From assembly GCA_000004985.1 (NCBI GenBank), contig GG738863.1: a DNA stretch of 64,000 nucleotides; one strand, 5' to 3'. Shown in pieces: positions 33,049-43,287 of the stretch (position 1 is its first letter; every line of letters begins with the position of its first letter). The translations under genes were made by a program, and so were the position numbers. The stretch is from Naegleria gruberi (lineage: Eukaryota). Below the pieces are notes generated by a model. It made no database searches and had not been told where the DNA came from. It saw nothing but the letters and a program-made list of their open reading frames with translations.

Positions 33049-34295
33049 ATGGAACAACACAAAACCAGTTCCATCACCAGTAATAATAATAATTTTTCAA
33101 ATGCTGATCACGAGCACGAACATTCGGAAGTAACAAAAGAAAATCAATTATCAATTTTCGACCAAGTATTGAATGATGATATTTTCCGAATTGTTCTTTC
33201 GTTTTTAAATGTTTCAGAATTGATGATTCTGGCAATTGTTTCTAAAAAATTGAGAATTGGTCAGCTCTCATCAGAAGACTATTTATGGAAGGAATATTAT
33301 GTGAATAGAGTGAAGGTACTCAATGATAATTTCAAAAATCAGTACAGATATCAATTATTGAGGAAAGTCGATAACACCAATTTATTTGAAAAGTATTTAC
33401 GTTTTGATTGTGATTTTAAGAAACATTTAATTGAACTGGGAGCTGAAATGGCATTGAAATCTGAGCAAGATTATAAAAAGAGAACAGAATATATTGAAAA
33501 ATTAAAACAGCTTGAGTATGGGAGAGTGGGCTTTCATACACGAGAGGAAATTCTTGCATGTGATTTGAAAATCAAATATTTACAACCTCAGTACAAAATC
33601 ATTCAAATTGGTAAGTTTTGTTTTTGAAATATTCAACTCAATTTGGATTTAAAGGTGATCAAGCTGTGGGAAAGACCAGTATTTACATGCGAATGCAGAA
33701 TTATGAGATGCCAACAGAGTATACACCAACTGTTTTTGACAATTTTAGTGACACCTATAAATACATAGATAGAAACACAATTAATCTGCACTATTGGGAT
33801 ACTGCTATTCATGAAGGTAAGTTTTCTAATTCAATACATATATTAGAAGTAATTGCAAGATGTGGATCAGTAAGTTGTTTTCTTTGTAACAATATTGACA
33901 CCAATCAAAAAAGATTCAGGATTTTTAGAATTTTCCCTGGTGTAGAGTTATTTCTTTTGAGTTTCAGTTGTGGATCTGATTCTAGTATGGAAAGTTTGAT
34001 ATCAAAGTGGTTTCCTGAATGTATTAAATATTGCCCAAATATTATTCTGGTTTGCACCAAAACTGATTTGAGAAATGAAAAAACCTTTTGTAAGAGATTA
34101 ACTGAGAAATTTCAAAGAAAGCCAATTGGATTCGAACAAGGAGAGCTACTTGCAAGAAAAATGGGATGTATTACCTATTTGGAAACCAGCTCTTTTAACA
34201 ATGAAGGTATCAAAGATTTGACTGAAATTATTGCCAAATCTATTGTGATAGCTTCAAATTCAACTCTGAAACAAAAGAAATGCATGCTGCAATAG
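33049..34295 (+). CDS. F-box-like N-terminal domain fused to an atypical (predicted GTPase-deficient) Rho-family GTPase with C-terminal CaaX (CMLQ)
   Basis: join(33049..33610,33655..33816[,33847..34295 or read-through]). A 44-nt GTAAGT intron joins ...KIIQIG|DQAVGKTS (P-loop, with G12-equivalent Gln). Switch II reads WDTAIHE (His at the catalytic Gln61 position). Also ILVCTKTDLR, IGFEQGELLARKMGCITYLETS, CMLQ end. N-terminus has the F-box-like IFDQVLNDDIFRIVLSFLNVSEL. Confidence 0.6.
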
Positions 34296-34330
34296 TTCAC
34301 TTTCAATAATAACTCATGGAAGTGAAAAAT

Positions 34331-34933
34331 TTACTTTATTTTAGAGACCAACCATTCAATACTCTCAGTAATATTAAACTCATTAATTATACTGGTCATG
34401 AAAACTTCGAGAGGACGTTGAGGATTCGACTCGTTAACACCCTTAGTAGGACCAGTTCTCAAATGAGAAACTCCCATTGTACAACAGAGTTCAAATTCAG
34501 ACATGGCTTGAGGATTATCAACCTTATTACCCAGAATTACTACTGGAACATTGGCCAAGTCTGGATCATTTAAAATCTTGGCCAATTCCTTAGCAGCAAC
34601 CTGAGATCTCTTTCTATCCATTGAATCGACAATGAAAACAATACCATTCACATCAATGCAATATTGTTTCCAAAGCTGACGTGCCAGATCATGTCCTCCC
34701 ATATCTATGGCTTCCACAGAACATGTCGATGAAATTTCAATGGATTCCTTATTGGGAGTAGTTGTACTTTGATAGGCACCAATAAGATTACTCTTCAATT
34801 TGTGCAATAGTGTTGTCTTTCCAGCATTGTCTAATCCTAGAAATATAATCTTTCCCTTCACTGATGACATTAATCCCAATAATTTCAGCAAGTCAGAGCA
34901 ATAATTTAAAATCCAACTGAAAAATGAAGACAT
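34331..34933 (-). CDS. sar1: SAR1 small GTPase (COPII vesicle coat)
   Basis: Intronless 200-aa ORF, ATG confirmed. GLDNAGKTTLLH, DMGGH (DxxG), ILGNKVD (NKxD) and the RPLEVFM C-terminal region are all SAR1-typical. Confidence 0.85.
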   Translation of the reverse strand: MSSFFSWILNYCSDLLKLLGLMSSVKGKIIFLGLDNAGKTTLLHKLKSNLIGAYQSTTTPNKESIEISSTCSVEAIDMGGHDLARQLWKQYCIDVNGIVFIVDSMDRKRSQVAAKELAKILNDPDLANVPVVILGNKVDNPQAMSEFELCCTMGVSHLRTGPTKGVNESNPQRPLEVFMTSIINEFNITESIEWLVSKIK

Positions 34934-35597
34934 TTTTGATTACAATATTTTACAATATGAGTGAAAGAAGTAGGTAGAAGTTTGTTTAATTGAGAACTGA
35001 GCAGTTACCAATTATTGTTGTTTTTTTTGATTATGAAAATTTCATTATTATCAACTCATTAGAGTTTTTAAATAGATTCGTATCAAACACCTCACCACAC
35101 GTGTCGGTTGGACAAATTTGGAAATCAATGACGTATACTCCAACGTCATCCCTCAACAAACAAATTGTGTTATTCTGAAACTTTTGTTTATTAGTCCTCA
35201 GAAAACATGTTCATCCAATAAAGTGGAAATATGTTATTGATTAATATTTAATAAATTTTGTTCTTTATAAAAATGATTGAGATGGTCATTCTCTACTTTA
35301 ACTTGGCATTTGCTTTGATTCCAACAAGAGTTTCTCAAAAGAATATAGTACTGCTTCTCATCAATCTTCCAAAGGTACATTTGAAGGAATGAACGAAAAG
35401 ATATGAACAAGCATTTTCCGAATGTTCCAGTACCTTCTCTGCTAAGGCATTGGAAAAATGTGGATTCTCCACTCAACATGCATTCATTATGCTGATTATG
35501 AGATTACCAAAGATCAAAAGGTTCTCAAACCATTCGTTCATGTTCCACTTCCACAAATCTATGAATTTAGTTTAGAATTATCATTTGTAAATAACAA

Positions 35598-37359
35598 TCA
35601 TTGTAATAGGCATTTGACATTTTTCAATAAAACTAATTCCTTGTAAGGAAATGTTTTCCATTGTGGGTCTTTCTTAATTTCTTTCAAATGTGAAGCAAAG
35701 GAATATAAAACCACTTTTTGTAATTGTAGAGCTTGGTAGGTTTCTGAAATTTCAAAAATGGTAAACAAGTCAATAGAGCAGTCTTTGAGAGGAGTTTCCA
35801 ATTCTTCATTTACTATTGAAGCAATGTATAATTCGCATATAGAACTCAATGAACTGATCATATACTTATTCGATAGGGTTAGAAGACTTATTGCATTCTC
35901 TTCGGTCATTTCTACCTTTCCAGTACTAATATATTCCACAATTGATTTGAAATGATAATAAAACTTTTCGTCTCCTTCTGAATCATTTGTCAAGTCCACA
36001 ATACAAGATTCACTCTCTGTAAAATTGCCTTCAAACATAATTTGAAAATATTCACAAGCACACGACAGAAAGTTTCTATTCGATTTCAAAATATTGTTCC
36101 CAATCATAAACGAAACATCCAACCAATGAGAATTTTCCAATGTAGATTGCCTAATATTATTGAAATAGGCATTATTAATACTGTTCTTGATATGTTCACG
36201 ATCTAATAAATTCTTATTTAAGTGTGTTATTGCCTCATAGTCTGAGAAAGAAAATGGATTTTGAAAATTAATTCCCTCACTCCAATCTCCAGAGTAAACT
36301 AGTTTCAAAATATCAAGAAGGTCTTTTTTCGAAATATTTTCGAAAGCAATACGAACTACTGATATGTTACTATCCAATTCAATACTAAGGTCAATCTGAA
36401 ACTCTTGCTGAATGGAAATAATTTCGCGTTGATCCAAAGATTGACCATTCGAATTAATGATCACTTCTGAAATTCTTTTCAGTAAAGGACAGGGACAACA
36501 ATATAAAATCCAAGAATGTCCAAATAATTTCCCCTCCACGCCACATTCAAAAATCAAATCGCTCTTCCACTCATTATTCAATAACTTGGAGAACTTGTCC
36601 ACTAGAAAATAATCCTCCACTTCAAATTCAGTCAAATTACTTGGCTCAATTGGTCCTCTGTTGAGAAGGTATTCAAAAAAGTTGTTAACACTCAATTCAG
36701 ACTTGGAGGAACAACTAAAAAATCGATCAATTCTTGGATGTCTTCTCATGAAATTTCTAATTTTCTCTTCGCTCACTCCCTGAAATTTCTCATCAGAAAT
36801 TAAATCATTTTTCATTCCAACCAAAACTACAAAATCTATCTGTGTAGATTTTATAATTTTCATCCATTTAGATTCCAAACTTTCAAAGGTCGTTTCATCA
36901 ACCATTGAAAAACTAAATCCAGTCAATAATAATTTCACACAATCACAAACTCACCAAAGAACCAACACATTCATTGAATTAATAAAAGCTCTTTCAACTT
37001 TAATTATGACATCACATTAAATTCCAATTTCCACTAAAACTCACCACTAATAATTCAAATTGTTTGTTTGAATTTAATTTCCTCACTAAATTACTTACTG
37101 AATTTCATCTCCGATCACATCAAATAATGACAAACAAACAGTTGACGAATTTTTCAACTTGATATTAGCAGACTTTTAAAATTGCAAAATAATATTAGTG
37201 GTGATCGGAATTAAAGAAACTCACATAACTATCCAATCGTCTGGGAACGTATTCTCCTTCGAATAGGGTTTCATCATCAACACCTGTATATTTTAATAGG
37301 AATGTGGTTTTCCCACAACCAATGTCGCCAAGCAATAGCACGGCCAGTGGTGGATCCAT
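35598..37359 (-). CDS. RhoBTB-type atypical Rho GTPase with tandem BTB domains, 4 exons incl. two micro-exons
   Basis: Proposed complement(join(35598..36912,36955..36990,37099..37172,37225..37359)). Introns of 52, 108 and 42 nt all have GTGAGT/GTAAGT donors and AG acceptors. The spliced GTPase domain reads MDPPLAVLLLGDIGCGKTTFLLKYTG...EGEYVPRRLDSY|SANIKLKNSSTVCLSLFDVIGDEI|QAFINSMNVLVLC|FSMVDETTFESLESKWMKII...VVLVGMKNDL, collinear with Rho (P-loop, switch II, LCFS, xKxDL). Two BTB-like regions follow. Confidence 0.7.
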
Positions 37360-37782
37360 TTTTTTTTTACAAATCCAGTCTTGCAAACTTTACAATATTT
37401 CATATTTTCATATTTCAATGAACATTCACAATGCTCAATAAATTTTCGGTCTACACTTGATTTTACTAACAAAACTGAAACTTTTAATTTTACTATCACA
37501 GCGTAAAACGAACATCTCATGATATCTGTAGATGTTATTTTTAGAAACCAACTTTAAAAAAATTCTCGTCATTCTTCTTTATAAAATTCTTCTTATCTGA
37601 TAATTGGACACAACAACGACCAAACGGGATTGTTAATTCATAATTTCGTACCAATATAGAAAAGCAAGTAGCTCCCGATCAAAACTACTCTACTGTATTG
37701 AAAAACTTGGACAAAATAACAAAATAATATCATCATCATTAAATATTAGTTTAATTTAAAGTTTTTGTGTTTGCTGTACAGT

Positions 37783-39111
37783 ATGATAACAACACCAATT
37801 TCTCCTGCACACATTTTGAAGGGTTCTCCCTCACCAACATCATCAACATCAGGAACGGGTGGAAAGAAAACCTCTCGACCTCCTAAAGGATCAAAACAAT
37901 TATCATCTCCTATTTCCAATCAATCTTCCTCCACCACTTCATCAATACCACCAATGACGCCCAATGATCAACTCCCACAGCAACACGTACCTTCTTTTAA
38001 AGGTCCTGTGATACCTCCTCCAACACATTTTCCTTACTTTCCAATGAATCCAATGGCTATGCCTAATGTTCCCATGATGTATGCTCCAATTAATACGATG
38101 CACATGATTCCTACCACCACACCAATGTTTGGCATGTTTCCACAGCCTGTAATGCCAAATATTCCTCCTCCAACAACTCCCCATAATACTTCTTTTCATA
38201 AGGTTCCGACTCCAATTCAACCAAAGCCTAGTACAAGCCCTCCATCATCAACCCAATCCACCATCACCACCACACAGTCTTCTAAAACAAAACCAAAGAA
38301 GAAAAAGAGACCACCAACAAGTAATAGGAATGTGAACACTGCTGATAATAGTAATAATACATCACCAGTAGTTATTTCTAGTAATATATCGAAAACGGCC
38401 GAAACAACAAGCAATCAAAAAAGAAAAGAACCTCCAACAACTAGTCGTTCAGTTCATCAGCATATAATTTCATATTTGTGGGAATTGGGACTCAGGGATA
38501 GTGCTAAAATTTTGGAAAATGACCTCAATAATCCTCTTTTGTTGAATGCTTCAGAAGATCGTGTAAGCTCTTTTGTGAATAATTTGAGTAATGAAGTTGA
38601 GCGTCACTCACACACAATACCCCCTTCCAATAAGAAAATTTCCACCAACGAAAAATCTTCCAGTAGTAATTTTACAACAACCGATGAAACATCAATAATT
38701 AATTCAAACGAAAATGATAGTTTTATGAGTGAATCAAATAATTCAACAATGGACAAGTACAACTCTGAAAATTATCTCAACATTCTCAAACAAACCACCA
38801 AATCTGAGAGCTACAACAAACCAACTGCTGAGTATGTCAATGAAAGATTGGAAAACTTGGAACAAACACTAGGCGTAAAGGAACAAAAAGTGCAAGTATT
38901 TGCCAGAATGAAAGAAGTGGAAGAAAGAATGCTCAAATTGGATGTTAACAATAATGAGATAGCACAACAGCAACCGTTACTTGGCAGTTCTGGTACTGCT
39001 GCTAATGATAATGTGCATGATGACAACTTCTTTGATAGCTTTTTTGAAGATGACACAGATAACCACCAAATGTCTGAATCACATTTTCAATTAGATAATA
39101 CAGACTGTTAA
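37783..39111 (+). CDS. Pro/Ser/Thr-rich low-complexity protein with a LisH-like motif; function unknown
   Basis: The track start is TTG; the first ATG is 37783. The sequence is P/T/S-rich. HQHIISYLWELGLRDSAKILENDL resembles a LisH dimerisation motif. Confidence 0.4.
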   Translation: MITTPISPAHILKGSPSPTSSTSGTGGKKTSRPPKGSKQLSSPISNQSSSTTSSIPPMTPNDQLPQQHVPSFKGPVIPPPTHFPYFPMNPMAMPNVPMMYAPINTMHMIPTTTPMFGMFPQPVMPNIPPPTTPHNTSFHKVPTPIQPKPSTSPPSSTQSTITTTQSSKTKPKKKKRPPTSNRNVNTADNSNNTSPVVISSNISKTAETTSNQKRKEPPTTSRSVHQHIISYLWELGLRDSAKILENDLNNPLLLNASEDRVSSFVNNLSNEVERHSHTIPPSNKKISTNEKSSSSNFTTTDETSIINSNENDSFMSESNNSTMDKYNSENYLNILKQTTKSESYNKPTAEYVNERLENLEQTLGVKEQKVQVFARMKEVEERMLKLDVNNNEIAQQQPLLGSSGTAANDNVHDDNFFDSFFEDDTDNHQMSESHFQLDNTDC

Positions 39112-39227
39112 TTTACCTTTCAAATTATTAAATTAATTCTTTAACTGTCTTGTAATCTAGCATGATAACATAACTTAATATGTTTTGTTTAATTTTACAA
39201 CTAGTTGGTGTTTAGTATATATATAAA

Positions 39228-40277
39228 TTATTCTTCCTTAGTTTCTGCTGATTCTGATTCCTCCTTTCCGTTAGCAGCTGTTTCAGTTTCGGATTCGCCC
39301 GACTTTTTGGTTTGCTTCTTTTTCTTATTTTTAGCTGAAGAAGCAGCCTTACGTTTTCTCTTCTTGGTTGGGTATCCTTTGTTTTGTGGATCTTCATTGA
39401 AATCCAAGATTCTCTTGATGAGTTCCTTCTTAGTACCTGTTGAGTTGACACCATTTGTTTTACAGAATTCTTTAAGTTCCTCAGTCCAATAATTTTGGAA
39501 TATTTCTTCATAGTCCTTGCAATCTTTCAACTCTGATCTGTTGGCTTTAATTTGTTCATTATGTTCTTCACGTCTAGCCTTTGAATCCTTTCTACCATCA
39601 ACTGTCTTTTTCTTCTTCTCCTTCTTTTCCTTCTTTTCCTTCTTTTCTTTTGGTTTCTTTTCCTTCTTATTGTTCTTCTTTGGTTCCTCCTCTTCATCTT
39701 CATCAGGGAGAATACCACTGAATACTTGACCTAGAATCAAGTCTGTATAGTTTGCCTTGGTAAATTTAGCCTTGGTTTTAAGTTTGAGATTTTCACAGGT
39801 TTGTTTCAATTGTTCCTCTGATAAATGACCAATAATTATAATTGTTCCATCCAATAAAAACTGATCAGCAATATCTTCGGCAAATTGTTTTTCATCGGAT
39901 GCATCTGTCTCAAAATTAAGTATTTGAGCAAACTTTTTAAGTGTGGACATTTTCATCTTGCTCAAAAAACCTTCTGGGCCATTAGGATCCAGTTCAACAC
40001 TATCAAGGAATTTTTCTCCAAGAGTTGATAATGCTGTTACATCATCAGCAAGTTCAACACTAGCTTCCTTCATCGATGATTTTAATGTTTTAGCATCAAG
40101 CTTTTCTACAAATTTTCTGATACCTTGCTCGTATGCCCAATCGATCAGGTCGTCACTCATTTCATTAACATTATTTTTATAATCCATTTTGGTTGCCTCC
40201 ACCATGGTTTTTAAAACATCTTCATTAAACTTTTTAAGTAACTTTGACAAATCTTCTACCGTAGTTTTAGATGACAT
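39228..40277 (-). CDS. SAP-domain containing K/E-rich nuclear (chromatin-associated) protein
   Basis: ATG confirmed. TEELKEFCKTNGVNSTGTKKELIKRIL fits the SAP helix-extension-helix consensus. (KEKKEKKEKK)n and KRKRK NLS-like stretches; acidic C-terminus. Confidence 0.55.
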   Translation of the reverse strand: MSSKTTVEDLSKLLKKFNEDVLKTMVEATKMDYKNNVNEMSDDLIDWAYEQGIRKFVEKLDAKTLKSSMKEASVELADDVTALSTLGEKFLDSVELDPNGPEGFLSKMKMSTLKKFAQILNFETDASDEKQFAEDIADQFLLDGTIIIIGHLSEEQLKQTCENLKLKTKAKFTKANYTDLILGQVFSGILPDEDEEEEPKKNNKKEKKPKEKKEKKEKKEKKKKTVDGRKDSKARREEHNEQIKANRSELKDCKDYEEIFQNYWTEELKEFCKTNGVNSTGTKKELIKRILDFNEDPQNKGYPTKKRKRKAASSAKNKKKKQTKKSGESETETAANGKEESESAETKEE

Positions 40278-40621
40278 TTTGATGATCTAGAGTGTCAATA
40301 TAATAAATTAATTTCCTACTATTATTTCTTATCCGTTTTAAACAATCACAAAATTTTTCCAACAAAGCCTCTGTTGTTGTATGATTAAAAATGTGGCCGG
40401 GTGTTGCAAAAAGAGAGTGTGGTTATTTTTTTTGAAAAATAAAAAATTAATTTTTTCTTACAACTGCCAGAATCCTTTTTAGCGGGTGAAAAATTATCTT
40501 GAAATAAGTTCCGCAAAAGAAAGGATTCTGCTTGGTGTTGTTTTTTTGGTTGACAATTTTTGTAAACTAAAAGTTTTTATTGTTTTCACACGCAAAAAAC
40601 TTTTATTGAACAACATCAACA

Positions 40622-42442
40622 TTACACTTCAAATTGACTTGCCCAATCAATGACGTTTTCTAATAATTCAATAATAGTCTTTTCTTCGTCTGACATTTCT
40701 TCTTCTTGAATATAGTCGTGGACAAGGTCTAATGTACTTGGAATGTTCTTTGTATTACTGAGTTGCATAATGTATAAAAGTAAGCCGTAGAGAGTTGTAT
40801 CACTCAGTGAACTGTAATCAGTAACTTGATTACAAATTTCAACAATCTTTTTGTGGAAGTTTACGAGAGTATCAAGAGTGGCATAGGGTGTCTTTCCAAT
40901 ATTTAAATTATCTAAAATAATAATGGCAGGTTCAAACAAGTCGGCTGATCTCAGTATTCCCTCATCATCCACTCCTAAATCATCAAATGTCACTGGACCA
41001 ATATCTTCCAACTTTCCTTCAATTTCCTTGTTTTGATTTTGAGTTTCATAGACTTCGACAAGAGTTCTATATACACGTTTCATGACACCCTCAGCAAATG
41101 CTTTGGTAATGTAATGTCTCAATTCCATACTTTGAAGTGAGCTCCAATATTGTTCAAGCGAGTTGACTATTGCTGTTGCAAGGTCAGCAATTTGTTTGTT
41201 TGCCTCTCCTACATTAAGCCAGGCTGTATCCTCTTGTTTTTGGAATTCAGCATTGAATTTCTGAGTAAAATGAATTAATAGATTATTAATTGGATGTTGG
41301 GAGACTTGATCTGCAATTTCAGAAATGTGTGAACGAATCATGGCCCATTGATCTTCAGGGGATTCTGTCAATGATAATTCTCTATCAAAGAGCTCATCCC
41401 TAGTCTTGAAAGTTCTCTCCTTTGTATAGATTGAAACGAATTTGGATGATACAAGCTTATTCCAAGGATTACCATCCGATCCATCAAAAGTTGTAGATTC
41501 TCCATCCCAGGCCTCTCCCAATTTGATACTCTTTCTCTTCTCCGAAGGATCAACACCAAATGTTGAAACATCAGAAAGTGAAACAGAAGCACGGTTTCTT
41601 GCCGAATCGAGAGGAGAATTAATTCTTGGAGTGATTGCTCCTGGAGGAGGTTGGAACTCAATAACAGGTCCAGAAAGTTGAACAGAAGATCTATTAGACA
41701 TTGTTCCTAAAGGTGGTTGAATTGCCGATTGTAAAGAGTCTCTTCCATAAGAGCTTGTTGATTGTCTAAGTGTTGATTGAATGATTGGTGAGTTTGAAAG
41801 TTGTGGCGAGATTGTTGGTGATGAATTATTGGAAATATTTGGTTGCAAGTTTGTTGATGGAAGCGAAGGTGCTGATGGATTAGTACTGCCATTACTGAAT
41901 GGCATGTTGTTACTGATTGGAGGAGGTGTATTGAAAGTCATAGATGATCTCAATGAATTGACATCACTAGGTGTGTTGCTTGTTGTTGAAGTAATGGAAG
42001 ATCTATTGGAGAAATGGAAGGATGAATTCATAGAGGTTGGTATTTGTTGTAAAGATGATGAAGATGAAGAATTGAAACCACTACTTGGTATATTAATCAT
42101 TGAAGTTGATAGATTTGAATTTCCGGTAACTCCAATACCAAATGAATTATTAGGAGTCAAAGTATTGCCACCTGAAGAAGAATTTGGTATTTCCTTGTCC
42201 ACAATATCGGAAACTCTTTCAAAGCACATTTTACAAATCTTTAAAGCTTGAGAAACTTGTTTAAATGTTTGTGCATTTGATTTCAATTCCTCTGCCAAGT
42301 TATCTTCCTTCAATAATTGTCCAAGTGAAAGCATACAAGCACCATATTGCTTCAGTGCTTCACTAAAATTACGTTGTTCATCTCTTTTAATTGCTTCACT
42401 ACTTTTCAATTTGATAGAGTGAATATTAAATTGATTCACCAT
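40622..42442 (-). CDS. hypothetical protein: N-terminal MIT-like helical region, long S/N/T-rich linker, conserved ~270-aa C-terminal domain (possibly VPS9/RUN-like, unverified)
   Basis: ATG confirmed. 606 aa. No catalytic motif recognised. Confidence 0.45.
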   Translation of the reverse strand: MVNQFNIHSIKLKSSEAIKRDEQRNFSEALKQYGACMLSLGQLLKEDNLAEELKSNAQTFKQVSQALKICKMCFERVSDIVDKEIPNSSSGGNTLTPNNSFGIGVTGNSNLSTSMINIPSSGFNSSSSSSLQQIPTSMNSSFHFSNRSSITSTTSNTPSDVNSLRSSMTFNTPPPISNNMPFSNGSTNPSAPSLPSTNLQPNISNNSSPTISPQLSNSPIIQSTLRQSTSSYGRDSLQSAIQPPLGTMSNRSSVQLSGPVIEFQPPPGAITPRINSPLDSARNRASVSLSDVSTFGVDPSEKRKSIKLGEAWDGESTTFDGSDGNPWNKLVSSKFVSIYTKERTFKTRDELFDRELSLTESPEDQWAMIRSHISEIADQVSQHPINNLLIHFTQKFNAEFQKQEDTAWLNVGEANKQIADLATAIVNSLEQYWSSLQSMELRHYITKAFAEGVMKRVYRTLVEVYETQNQNKEIEGKLEDIGPVTFDDLGVDDEGILRSADLFEPAIIILDNLNIGKTPYATLDTLVNFHKKIVEICNQVTDYSSLSDTTLYGLLLYIMQLSNTKNIPSTLDLVHDYIQEEEMSDEEKTIIELLENVIDWASQFEV

Positions 42443-42924
42443 TATTATGATCTGATTATATTAAAATAATTTGAAGTTTTCACAAGAGAGAGTAGCAGTA
42501 TTTCTTCGGAAGAATAAAATATATCACTGTTAATAATATTGAAGATGATGGTGATGTTGTCAATGTTCCAATCGCCGATTAAAAATATCTTTGTGTTGAG
42601 GGGGCAACAACAGTATCTTGATGTTCAGTTATTTTTTTTTTAATATGAAAGAACATCCGAGTTCCACTTGTCTTCCAATTAGCTATCCTCTTTTTTCGCT
42701 GTGATCTGATAATACAATTGTTTGAAAGGAAGTTAGAAACTTGTATCGAATCTTATTTAAATTTGTTAAATTAGATATGCAGTGAAAATCAAAGATGTTG
42801 TAACGTGGTCTTATCTTTTCCGAAAATTTCTAGAAAAAAAAACTCCCAAGTTCGTTCCACTTCAAGCATCACAATGTAACGTCCTACAACAACAAAATAA
42901 TACAGAAAAAACTAGAAGAAAAAA

Positions 42925-43237
42925 ATGATCAACAATAACAATGCGGAGTCTCATCATCAACAGGGGAGCGGTATGATGGCCAATCAGACAAACCGAAGAG
43001 TTGTGGCTTCTTCTTCGAAACAATCGGCCATTGTGAGAGGACAATGTTTATTTTTATTGGGAAGTCCGTATCTTGGAAAGAGTGGTTATTTTGAACAAGA
43101 ATACGAAATTAAAGGATTTGAGAGGATTAGCTTTGAAAAGGATAGAAGGAAAACGTTTGAAAGGATTTTTAATTTGCTCTCACAAAATAGGAATATAGTA
43201 ATTGATGATGAACAAATCATGTCTCTTACTGAAGCTA
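42925..43237 (+). CDS. P-loop NTPase/kinase-like N-terminus (LLGSPYLGKSGYF), 3' end lost in scaffold gap; may be 5' part of the following gene
   Basis: ATG in AAAAAAATG context. Walker-A-like GSPYLGKSG. The ORF runs into the 50-N gap at 43238. Confidence 0.4.
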
Positions 43238-43287
43238 NNNNNNNNNNNNNNNNNNNNNNNNNNNNNNNNNNNNNNNNNNNNNNNNNN
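43238..43287. other. assembly gap (50 N)
   Basis: Run of N; interrupts the P-loop/SWIM-OB gene region. Confidence 0.99.

Noticed and set aside
33817-33846. 30-nt GTAAGT...TATTAG segment inside the Rho domain as an obligatory intron
   Set aside because: Its length is a multiple of three and it is stop-free, so retention versus splicing cannot be decided from sequence. Listed only as optional in the gene model.
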